Assembly: GCA_022605425.2 (NCBI GenBank)
Contig: CM061248.1
Location: forward strand, 372,001 to 436,000
Reading direction: 5' to 3'
Length of the DNA stretch: 64,000 nucleotides
From: Hamiltosporidium tvaerminnensis FI-OER-3-3
Taxonomy: Eukaryota; Fungi; Microsporidia
Both the position numbers and the translations under genes were made by a program. Positions 52,601-64,000 of the stretch are shown in pieces (the first letter of the stretch is position 1; each line of letters starts with the position of its first letter). The notes under the pieces were generated by a model that was given only the letters and a program-made list of their open reading frames with translations, ran no database searches and was not told the origin of the DNA.

Positions 52601-54719
52601 TTCGAAAATATAGACCAAGCCCGGCGAAGCAATTATAGTTTATAAGTGTTAAAAGTCTTGTATTAATCTAAATAGCGTAATGACATAGATAAAATGCCTA
52701 AAATCACAAGGTATTGGTGTATTCATATTAATAAACAACAAAGTAGTTATTCTTAGGCAAGAACTCGATGTACTTATCTCACAAAATCAATACCCGTTCT
52801 GGATTTACTCTTTTCGGCATGTTATATTTATGTTTAAAGTTTTTATTAAGAGTAAAGTTGTTAAAGGTTTTGTACTTTAAGAACGATTAACAATTCTAGC
52901 ATAATTAGCTGCTCATGTAAATATTTTAATCTTTAAAAAACTGGCTTGAGGGGCTGTTTTGTATTTTTATAGGAAAAATGAGTAAAACTATCACTTACTT
53001 CTTATCCTCTACGGTCTTAACAATCTGTTATGTTTATAATCAAATTCTCATCTATATTATATATCCTAATAAAATATTTATGCTCATTTAAGCAAAAACT
53101 GTAAAAATATAGCCATAGACGTCTGTCCTGAGCCATATGGAATATTTTCTTTCATTATCTCTAGAATTACCATATATCTAGAGTCCATATATTATAAATT
53201 ATACAATCTAGACCAATGTAGCACAAGTTTGTCTCATACTGTAATCGTCTTGGTTTTTGTCGTTTTATCAACATCGGTTGAGTATTCACGTATTATGTTT
53301 TATCCATATTATATCCGATAAAAATAGCTTGTGGTTAATATAATTTTCAATGTGATTAGCCAGCTCTGATCAAACAGCATATATGAAAAAGCTTCTTAGC
53401 TATCTTAAGATAAATTACCGCAAAATATTTGCATAAATATATCTAGATGAATGAATGGTTTGCCTTTTTTAAACATATCTTTAACGTTTTTATTAAGCCT
53501 CGAGTAAAACATGATAAGATATCCTAATAATTTCTAGTATCTAAACCTAACACGTCCTTATGGTATTAATATCTTCACTCACCAAAATATTGTTTTGTTT
53601 TCTACATACATAAACTTTGGGTTATGAATTAGCTTAAAACTATAGTCTCGTATGGAAGAATTAAAGTATCTCCTATAAATATTTATTTCTTTCATTAAGA
53701 AAGAAAGATTGTTAAATTAAAATGTTTCTATATAATCATCTGTTTATGAATTCTTCGTTGGGCTTGAAATTTGTGATCAATGAAGCCGCTTATGAAATAC
53801 AGTAGCGATATCTATATAAAATTCTTCTTTCTTCGTCTTACTAATTATTATTACTGTAGTATATATATTTTAACTTGACACGATTTTATGTTTTCGAGTA
53901 TTCAAGCAAATATTTACCCTTTTCAGGCTCTATTATTTTTAACATACTACATGTACCGTTTAAAACTTTGGGAACTAATTGCATTTTAATCTATTCTAGC
54001 TGTCCTTGGATAGAAAAAATAAAATAAATACTTGCTTGGAAGCTCTTTTCTTAAATTTTTCAAATAGATATGTTCTTTGCCATAATTTTATCTTTTTACT
54101 CTTTTGGAACGTTTTTCGCTCATTGCGCTATAAAATAAACATTGGGAAATAGGTTGTATGTTTACCTTGATATACTTTACTCTCGGATTTGATTTCCTAA
54201 TACAATGAAAAAGCATGCCGCATGAAATGAAATATTTATGCTTTAAAATCCATACACATAATTTTAACCTATTTGCAAGTTTCTTGATTAAGAGTTTTAA
54301 ACATTATGGTTATAAAATTAACAATCAGAAATATTTTTTTTGTAGGTATTATTTACTTATTGTGGCAAATAAATATAGTTATGTTTCTCTATAGTAATAA
54401 AACATTGTGTTTTTTGTACCTTCTCTGTCTCCGATTCACATAGAACAAAACAAGTTTTAATATTTGCTATTTACCAAAAATTCTCTCTTTAAGATATTGC
54501 ATGCAAACATCTACTCTAGAATTATCTAGACAGTTTAAAATTTCGAGTCGCTTTCTGCAATCGAGATTTTTATACATAATGAATTAGAAATTTTTTACTA
54601 TTAAAAGTTGATGTTAGCATTTTGTTGGCTAGTGCTCTTAAAAGCCGGGTTTGTCTCATTTTTCACATCAATTTATTCGTGGTAAATATATTTACTATAA
54701 CACAACTTGGGTAGACACT

Positions 54720-54915
54720 CTACTACTACTATTTTGAGCTACAGCTCTTAAAGAGCCCTGGTCTTTTTATCGATTTTTTAATTTATATTATTGCGTTTTG
54801 ATTTCGTAACAATATGTTTTTGTGAAATGCGAGTGTTGTCATAGGGTCAACACTCCTCATTTATCCGGGCTTGTTACCGGCGGAAAAGAACTCATCGTAT
54901 CTTAGATGAAGTTAA
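54720..54915 (-). mobile_element. ~196-bp non-coding RTE-type retroelement headed by a twister ribozyme
   Basis: Order on the minus strand: twister motif, GAGTGTTG/CAACACTC hairpin, ATTGTTACGAAA, AGACCAGGGCTCTTTAAGAGCTGTAG, (TAG)4 tail. The 3' end matches those of the 8024 and 61761 elements. Confidence 0.75.
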
Positions 54916-54917
54916 AG
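54848..54917 (-). ncRNA. Twister ribozyme (P1 type), degenerate
   Basis: UAA-CUUC-[AU..P3 region]-GCCGG-U-AAC-AA-GC-CCGG-AUAAA-UGAG-GA-GUG-UUG follows the twister layout UAA-P2-GC..GCCGG-UCCC-AA-GC-CCGG-AUAAA-P2'-GA-GGG. There are mismatches in P2 and in both pseudoknots. Confidence 0.8.
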
Positions 54918-57900
54918 TAGATTCTTTGCCGTTTTTCACTGAACATTATTCTACGCCTCTCACAATAAAAAATGATATCAGCTTAATATGTTATAATATT
55001 AGTCCTTGCAATCATCGACACCTTGTATGATATTGCGAGGTGCATTCATTGATTTTAACGAAAATAGAGTGTTGCAGAGATTGCGAAGGAATCTATTACA
55101 TAAGTTTGCATTCGAATATAAGTTAGCTGTTGCATAATTCATGGTATCGTGCCTTAAAATTTTTAGATTTATTCCAACAATTTTCTTAAGTTTATCTATA
55201 AAGGATATCGGTATGTAAAAATAGTTTAGCGAATATATAACATTGGGATTACATTTTTTATTTTCAAGCTTTGGATTTATATTGTTTTGCTCAGGATTTT
55301 AAGATTTTTCTTGAATAAGATATAAACGTGAATCATAATATCCCAGATTATCTTTTGAGCATGAGCAGAGCTTTCATGGTTTGTCCTGCAATTTTTAACG
55401 CTTAAACCTAAATTTTAAAGCTTTGTTTACTTTTCGGGGTGAATTAGATATGGATTTTAGCACCATTTTTCGGTTTTCTGAAAAACCTAACTCGACTCGA
55501 AATTGTTAGTCTGTAAAATAAAAAAATAATGCTTTTTTAAGGAATGATAACTTGAAATAAAAGTGAAATATATTGTGTATTATATTTTGCATCTCTTTTC
55601 ATTTTTATTGGAATATTTTATTTGATTTATATTATTCTTATGATTCTAAATTATTACAATTTTTATTACTTACTTTTTTCTTATTTTGGCTCATAATCAC
55701 TTCTCAAAAGTATATTTTTAATAACTAATATATGTCGCTTTTATTGAAATAGCAATAAATATGTATTTTAATCAATCATCTTTTAGAACCTATAACACAT
55801 TGCTGTCAAAATTCTCACCATTATTATGGTTTTCTGTATAAAAAACGTTCTATTTATTTTCTATTTGATTTATAAGGTATTTCTTAGAATTTTTTTAATT
55901 GTTTTAACTTAGAGGCTCTTAGAATGTTAGGTTTAAAGAGTGCTGTTCCAAGATTCGCGCAATCAAAGAAATTTTTTTTCTTTTGAAAAAATATACTTTT
56001 GGCATATTAGATTTTTATACTCGGATTATTATTTGATTTTGAGCATCGCTATATCCGTAACCTGTTATAGAGACATGTATTTATTTTTTAAATGTTATAT
56101 ATGCACTTATATGTCTTAAATAAATAAATATTTCGCAAACATATATCAGTATCGCTTGTATTCCAAAATTACAAAGCCTTATATCTTAAAAATGTGCAAA
56201 GCTTATTAGATGTACACTCACATGCGTAAGCCTCATTAATTTTAGTTCCAAGGGACTATTACAGATTAAATCAATCTTGAGCTTACGAAAACGATTACCA
56301 TATTGACTTACTTACTCATCACTTGTTCGAAACGAATATACTTCTAGAAAATATATCTGAGCCACTATTTCGTATCTATCTAAACGTCATATCCTATATC
56401 AGTCGGTATAATCGGCTACTTTGCATTTCTAGCTTTTTAAAGTGGTCTTTTTTTGTATCTCCCGGATGCTATGCTTTCTAATTTAAGTCAGCAAAGCATG
56501 GTTTACATGCTTTTACCCGGCCTCACTTAACCTTTTATACGTGGTTTAAATTTAGTAACATCGAATCCTTAGAATTACTTTATTGAAAATTTTAGATATA
56601 TTCTAGAGTTTTTTTTCAATTTGAAAAACACATAGAACAACTGTAAGTGTAAAATAGAGATTGCCATCTATTGCTTCAAACAATGATTTTAATGTCAATT
56701 TCACATAAATATGGTCGATCAAAATTCTCTTTTACGTAATTATCGCTTTCATTATCTATTTTCAAAAAGTATTTTATTTTAATATCTAAATTTCATGATT
56801 CTATAAGTTCGTAGATCAATATTCATAGTTCAAATGCTATATTTAAAAAGCTTTAAGAAGATTTATTTATCAGAATATTAATATATGATTTTTCGCTATA
56901 AGTGATTTAATTTGTGAATTTTCTTCGATTTTAGGGAAGATAATTTAGACAAAACTCGAAGGGTATAGATTTTTTAGACAATCTGCTTGTAAGAAGCAAC
57001 TTCAAATTAGGTAAAATTTTTGATCTATAACTGTCTTGTATGAAAACACTACAGCAAACAAAAGAAAAATTTTTTGCAAAAAAATTTATAACAAGTACCC
57101 TGTTACAACTTCAATCTCATATTCTTTTCGAAATACAGAAAAGATATTATTTGGTCGTAAAACTTGTATTAATATATATTATTTATATTAAGTATAGTTT
57201 TTCATGAATATTACGGGCACCAGTATGAAATATTCGAATATTTTAATTTATAAACATAAAACATCATCGCAATGTCATCAATTTGGGCATTGTTTTCATA
57301 AAACTTTAAAAACAGTTTATATAACTTCGAAGTAAACTTAAAAATTTGTTAGATTCTAAAAAGGCATAATATATAGAATTTTCTGCCATATATTATTAAA
57401 TAATACCAATATTATCTATAAATTTTGAATAATTTATAATGCAATAAAAATTTCTAGATGTGTGATAACTCAATTAAATCAATACATGACATTTTTTAGC
57501 CCAATATCAGGTATTTATAATACAAGATGATATTCAGGTTGTAGGCTTTGTAGTAAATACATGTCTTTCTTAAATTTAGTTCGTTTAGAAATATTTGATG
57601 TATCATAAAAACATTTTAAAATTTATTGCAATCGTAACCTTATCCTATCTAAGAAATGTATTATATTTGATAAGACTTTTATATAAATTGTGGTATTTAC
57701 AAAAAATACAAATATTCTGATAGAATGAATACTTTTCTTTCTTAAACATTTCAAATATTTACTAAGTTCATTTTGGGCCAAAGCTAACGCTTGTACTTGA
57801 TAGTTTTATGTTTCTGGGTGATTTTCTGTGTAAATTTACCATATAATGTACAGTTGTAGAAAGTAGATGTATAATTCTGATTTACGCTATCTTTGTCAAA

Positions 57901-60900
57901 GATTTGTAGAAACTAGAACAAGTTTCAAAAAAGCCTGGCTTCGCTTTTTCTTGGTCAAGCAATTAGCCTAACATATTTACTAATATAATCTTCTAAAAAA
58001 GAAAATATGTTGTAGATTGAGTATGTATTTCAACTATATCTTTCTATTCAAATACTTTAAATTTAAAACCAAAATTTTGTAAAAAAGACAATGTAAAAGT
58101 TAAATTTAGATAGACTCTAAGGCTTTAAAAGAAAACTTATTTCTTTTTATATTGTTATGTTTATATACTAATAAATGTTTAATCTAGTTTACAAATATTT
58201 CTATAGAAAACTTGAAATTAACAAAGACGAAATATTACAATTAAATTTTTAACTGGGTATAAAATAATTTCAAGAGACTATTTTTTTGAGTGAAGTGCAT
58301 ATTAACGATTATAAAGAAGGTTTTTTTAAAACAAAGATTAATTTTATCAAAAGGAAACAATATTACCACAACTATGATAATAAACTATGAGTAATGAAAA
58401 GAAAGTACGAAATCAAAAGCTTTCTGTTTAAAAAAATCTTATAGCTTTTAGTGGATCGTTGTCGGATTTTCGCTGCGAGATAAATTAACTATTATTGGAT
58501 GTTTCGTGTGGATTTGCAAAGAAAAGAAATTTACAAGAAATGAAAAGAGTTTTTTGAAGTTAGCAAAATTTAATGTAGCTTGATTTGAAAACCACAATAG
58601 AATTTGTAAGTAATTTTCATAAATAACACAAATTTTATCTATTCACTCAAGTCTAGAGTTGAGTACTTCGCATAACAAAAAAATGTTGCAAAAGAACTGA
58701 AATTCTTTCCGTAAACCTTTTCTAGATTGTAATATTAGCATAAAATAATGTTTTTTGCCTATCGTCCGGATGCATTTAGTTAGATAATTTGTTTAGGTAG
58801 AAAATATAGATGCCTCTAGACAGCAGCAAGTTCTGGCGAGTCCATTGTAGGCTTGGTAGTCCAATAACATACGGAAACGGGATAGTTCGAACCTGAGAAC
58901 TTACCTCATATTTAATGGCTAAAAAACCCTTTTAAAGGGTAGCTATTCGGAAATTGGGTATGTAAGTGATACTTATGAGGAGTTCGACGCAACTATCTAT
59001 TAAAAATTTAGAAATTTCTAAGTGTCATGAAATAAATATTACATTTGCAATTTTTATGAATAGACATAATATTTATCGAAAAAACCAAAAAAAATATAAA
59101 TGGGAATGAATTATAAGAAATCAAAACTCATTTACTTTTTCTACGCATCTTAAGGGGGATTTTTATGATTTAAGAAAATTCAATTTGCTGATATTTCTAT
59201 TCTTAATGGTTCTAGGTAAATATAAATCTAATTTTATACAGAGAACAAAAAATCTTTTATTTCTATGTACATTCGAAAGATTCTTTCGCTGTACTTCTTC
59301 GCTTCTTCTTAACGCTGCCATCAAGTACTATTTCAAGCTGACAAAACATTGTTTGTTAAAACAATACCTTTTATTGTATACGAAATATTTTTTTGATCAA
59401 AAAATTAGAAAAATATAAACTACATAGAGAGTCTTATTTTAAAAAAATTTCAATTCTTTCAGAAGATACAATCTTTTATCTTCGATTTTTTTCATTTCTT
59501 CATATATATTTTTATTCGAAAAAACTCGATATTTTTGGTCAAAATATTCGAAATTTTCTCAGTTGTCTTCTTTTATTTATTAAGCTAACAAGAAAACACA
59601 TTAAAATTTATCGAGATCCTAAAAATACACGACTTTCGTTTCTATATGTAAATTGACAATTTTACTAAAATGCAATATTATATATTGAAATTTAAATATA
59701 TAAGACTGAATTTACATTATTGGATTTACTTTTAAAATATCTCATATAAAATATCTCTAGCGGGAACTTTTAAAGTTTTTTAAATTTAAAGTGTTAGACA
59801 ATTTAAACAACACTGCTTCTATGTCGTCATTTCCGTTATAAGTTGTATTGGTTTGAAAAATATCTGAAACTATAAAACGGTTTTGGTGCTAGCTTATAGA
59901 ACCGGAAAAAAAGCAGAAATTTGCGAAACCATAGTTTAAATGTCGTATATATATGAAAATCAAAAGTGGTTTTATTAACCAGTATGGTAGGCGCGACTTC
60001 AAAAACATTAACAAAGTATTTATCTTAAAAAAAGAATTTTTGCATAATATTTCTCATAAACATACTCCGGATATTTTTATCTCGCAATACTCAATAAATA
60101 TAACAAATTCAAAAGAATTTACAAATAAAAGTTCTTGATGCTTACATAAATGATGCATATGCTAAACTCGTATTATTGTTTTTATTATTTAAAATTGTAA
60201 TTCATAGATTGTTTGTTCAAATTAATATTGTAAATGAATTTTTTATAATAAAAAAATTCAAAATGAAAAAAACGTAACTTAAAAACATGATTGCCTATTA
60301 TAATATCTTATAAATTAAGACATAGATTTTGCTATCTTTAGAAAACTTTTATTTGAGAGAAACATTTTGTTGTCAATAAAGTTTTTTTAAATCAAATGTA
60401 AAATCTGATATTACGATCCAAAACCATAATATTTTGTTTAAGAACATAAGAAGTTTTACAAAATATGTATAAAAAAACACTTATAAATACTTTGTACGGA
60501 ACACTTATTTTATATACTTTGGATATTATCACATTACAGACAATTTTCGCGGTTTAATCGATATAAATCAAAAATCTAACCTATATTAATATGAATATTT
60601 TATGACTTAGAACCTTCTTTATTTTTCTTTTTCAAATATAAAATGTCTTACTTTCCTTACTTATACTTTGATTGTAAAAAGTTTAATGGATTATAGGTAC
60701 TAAATATTTTATCTTCGTTTTTTCTGATTAAGTTCTATTGAATTCGTAAAGTAAGACTTCAAATCATTAAGAGAATAAAGTTGGAAAAATATGTAGAAAA
60801 TTACATCACTGTGGGGAAAAACGGTGAACTTTCACTTAAAGTTACACACTTTGTATATTACATACTAGAAAGCACACGCATTTTTTTATTAATGAATATG

Positions 60901-61760
60901 CTGCCTTGTAAGTATGTTTTATTTAGTTTTTTCTTTCGAACGCATTAATAGCTATAATTTTGCTGTAAATCTATTTCCAATTATATTCCCATTTGCATCC
61001 AATATTCAAAACTATGCAATAGTATTGGATTTGTTCATTAAAATTTTATCATCAGTTTCGTTTAATAAACTTAAATCTCATAATAAGTCTATGTCGCCAT
61101 TTTAGGTATCTCTGCTGATTATTAAATTTTGTTAAAAAATATTTTCCTAGATAAACTTTGAAGTTTTGTTCAAGTAAAGTTTGGTTAACCTTGATCTTAC
61201 AAAAGTCGCAATTCTAAACAAGTATGGATCATAATGTCTAGAATATTTCAATTTTGAATTTAATATTTAATCTTCGACGTTAGTTTCTTATTCGGAAATG
61301 TAAGATGTATCTTATTTTCATGCTTTAGATTAGTCTAAAATTAAGCATAATTTCCATTAAAAATTGAATAAGCATTTTTTTGCATTTAGATGTAAAATTG
61401 TTATTCAAATAGTTTTACATCTTTATACACTAAATACAAGCTGTCAGTTAAATAAGCAAAAATACATTTTAATGACTATTTTTAATTTTCTAGAGATCAA
61501 TGAGCCTATTCTTAATTATATTTGCCAAATAAGTAATTTATTCGGCATACAAATATTTAAAATCGATAGCAAAAAATCAAAACCACGTACGATTCTCTAG
61601 TGGTGTAATTTTAAAAAAACCTGTGGAAGATCGCGTTTAATATTTAGGCAAGAATTTTTCTTATACTGTTTTCATATTAGTTTTTGCATAGTGTGGCAAA
61701 CTCAAACCCGATTAAAGTGCTTTTGTTTTTTTAAAATATTCTTAACTATATTTAAGAATT

Positions 61761-62034
61761 TCTCCCACCATGGAAGAGCAGAATTGGCTTGAAGTATTCT
61801 CTGCTTGTTGCAAGAGGCTATTAATCAGTTCCGGTATTGCTGTTTTGAGGGTGGGCGTAGTAGCAACAACACAACCTTTTTATCAATTTGTTAAGAAATT
61901 TAAAAAATTAATTCTAACTTACGAGAAATTTAAAAACTACCTACCGTAGCTAAACATTGGCTAGTGACTGATGAGCGGCATTACCGAGCGAGACCAGGGC
62001 TTAAGTAAGCTGTAGTGCCAAGAAAAAATAAATA
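61761..62034 (+). mobile_element. Short non-coding RTE-type retroelement (SINE-like), head type A
   Basis: Head GAGCAGAATTGGCTTGAAGTATTCTCTGCTTGTTGCAAGAGGC, middle GGGCGTAG..CAAC, tail GAGACCAGGGCTTAAGTAAGCTGTAGTGCCA plus an A-rich run. Possible TSD AAGAATT (61754-61760, 62035-62041). Confidence 0.75.
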
Positions 62035-64000
62035 AAGAATTGAGCATATTCATTCGTCTTAGTTTTCAAAAAATAAAAATAATCCCATTTTTTTGTAACG
62101 CTTTATTTGAATTATGATTCTATGTGTTTGCATGATATCTTTTAAACGTTTACTTTATTCTCGCTCATAACTTTTACGGGATTTGCTTTCTTCAGGCTTC
62201 AAAAATCTATAAACGGCATAATTGTGGCAGAATAATTATTTTTTAATTGAGAGGCAAACAAAATAGGCTTTGTATTTTGCAGTTTTATCTGATCTTTATA
62301 TACATAGAAAAGAATAATATGCTTTCTGGATATATTCAACTAAAAATCAAAGGAATCATACAGTATATATCAAGCCTTGTGATAGGGCAAAATATATTTC
62401 AAAAAAAATTTTAGCCTCCACGTTTCCAGGCTTTTACCATATCATAATTTAAAATCACATATAAAAACCATATTTATCTTCATATTTTGATCGTAGTTTA
62501 ACTAGTTTAACTTATGAATTGTATTCTTTATAAGTAGAAAAATATATTGGGATCGAATTATAAAAATTAAACATGTTTTGTTTACTATTTTGATTATACT
62601 CGGAAAATTTCACAACAGAAAGAGCTTTTAAACTATGTTTCACATTTTCCGTGGCTTTAGCATAAAAGATTTAAAAATATAGCTGCGTTTTTTACTTGTA
62701 ATCAATAGTTTCAGAGTCTGAGCAATGCAAAGAATCTTTATGGCGTCTCTGTTAAACTCCGCTAAGAATAATTCGAACTTATGCAATTTATCGTTATTTT
62801 GTATGCCATGCACAAAGAGTAGCTTTTTAAGTAATTACTTATTATTTTACTTTCTTTAAAAAACTCTTTCAAAAAATAGATCTTCTCAATAATACAATAC
62901 TTGTGCTTAATATCATAAAAATGTTTTAACGAGATAGTATCCAAATGGTACTTTTGAAATTTAATATCAAAATATTCTTTTTTCATTTTGATATCATATT
63001 ACCTTAAATATTGAAAAATTTTAATACGAGGCTAATTTTCAAATATATGATGTAATAAAACACATAATGACTGATTTGCCACCTGGTTTATCCTGAATTT
63101 TACAAGGTATTGTCTAATATATTTCTTTTTAAGAACTAGTCTTTATTGCAAATTTAAAGTGAAATCTTTCATCGTGAGATCATAATATTGAAATGTATGT
63201 CCAACTTTTTTGTGTAAAACGCTATACATTTTAGATTAGAAAATAAAAGTATTTTGTTGAAATAATACAAGCTTAATATCTTTATATTGCGAAATTACTC
63301 ATATAATTGGGACTTATTAAGAAAAAAAACATGATCCCTTTCTAGATCAAATTTAAAAAGTATAAAAATCTTTGATTTAGGCTTTGTGAAAAAAAAAACA
63401 AGGATTGCATGATTACCAGCAAGTTGACTTAATTATATGGAATTAATATTTTCCTGTCTATTTCAACGCCGTATGGCGCTAATTCCGGATTAGATTGCAA
63501 ATTTCATCTATTAAGAGGCATACACAAGAATTTTTGGACTTATTGTGGTTTCGCCGTTAGATTTTTCGCATTTTTTGTAATTACTTCCAAAAGTTATTTG
63601 AACAATACTTTAGCTATCTGGTCCTATGATGGAAAGAAAGATAACCGTGCAGTAAAATTTAAATTTCCTTTTGTGTTATAAATATTGTCATCATATATAA
63701 CACCAATACCATGGTAATCTTATAGAACGAAGAAATATATACCCTATTGTCAAAAAATCACTAAGATACTAGAATAAATCATAATTGACTCTTTGTTAGT
63801 GTAATTGGAGTAAGAAGAAAAGATTCGAGAAAATTAATATTTATAAGAGTTGTATAAAGTTTTTAGATTTTCAATGGTACGTCGATTATCAATCCACGAA
63901 AAAGAATCTTATTATTATTTTCAAGGTAAGTTATAAACTCGATACAATAAATATAGTTCGATCCTAGATTTATGCATATTCTATGATATTAAATTTAATT

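Noticed and set aside
52611-52630. CCAAGCCCGG, a fragment matching twister L4/P4
   Set aside because: The upstream CCGG partner and the downstream TAAA..GAGGG are absent.
58870-58900. GTTCGAACC B-box-like motif (possible tRNA or tRNA-derived SINE)
   Set aside because: No cloverleaf or A box found.
61968-61997. CTGATGAG...GAGAC hammerhead-like core
   Set aside because: GAAA is missing, stems I and III are not evident, and the homologous copy at ~8062-8090 lacks CTGATGA.
31354-62986. Short 60-90 aa ORFs in the track
   Set aside because: F/I/K/L/N-rich, as expected by chance in AT-rich DNA, with no motifs.

Overview
Very AT-rich eukaryotic DNA, most likely a large-genome microsporidian. Hamiltosporidium-like is an inference from CCC motifs just upstream of the ATGs, GVNN-type tandem inserts inside a conserved gene, and an LRR family gene. 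The first ~30 kb holds five recognisable or plausible genes: a repeat-containing orphan protein, an LRR protein, a USP7/Ubp15-type deubiquitinase inflated by low-complexity inserts, Fip1 and an R2R3-type Myb protein. It also has one broken unknown gene, a dead DD34E Tc1/IS630-type transposon with a LINE 3' fragment nested inside, a TG..CA non-autonomous element and several tandem arrays. The last ~33.5 kb has no credible gene, only decayed mobile DNA. The most notable signal is a set of ~200-270 bp non-coding retroelements (8024-8259, 54720-54915, 61761-62034) that share an RTE-type 3' tail. One is headed by a recognisable but degenerate twister ribozyme; the other two carry a different structured head in the same position. 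Also, every reading-frame break I could resolve in the host genes is +1, which is most likely sequencing error. Everything here was read by eye; no searches or folding were run.
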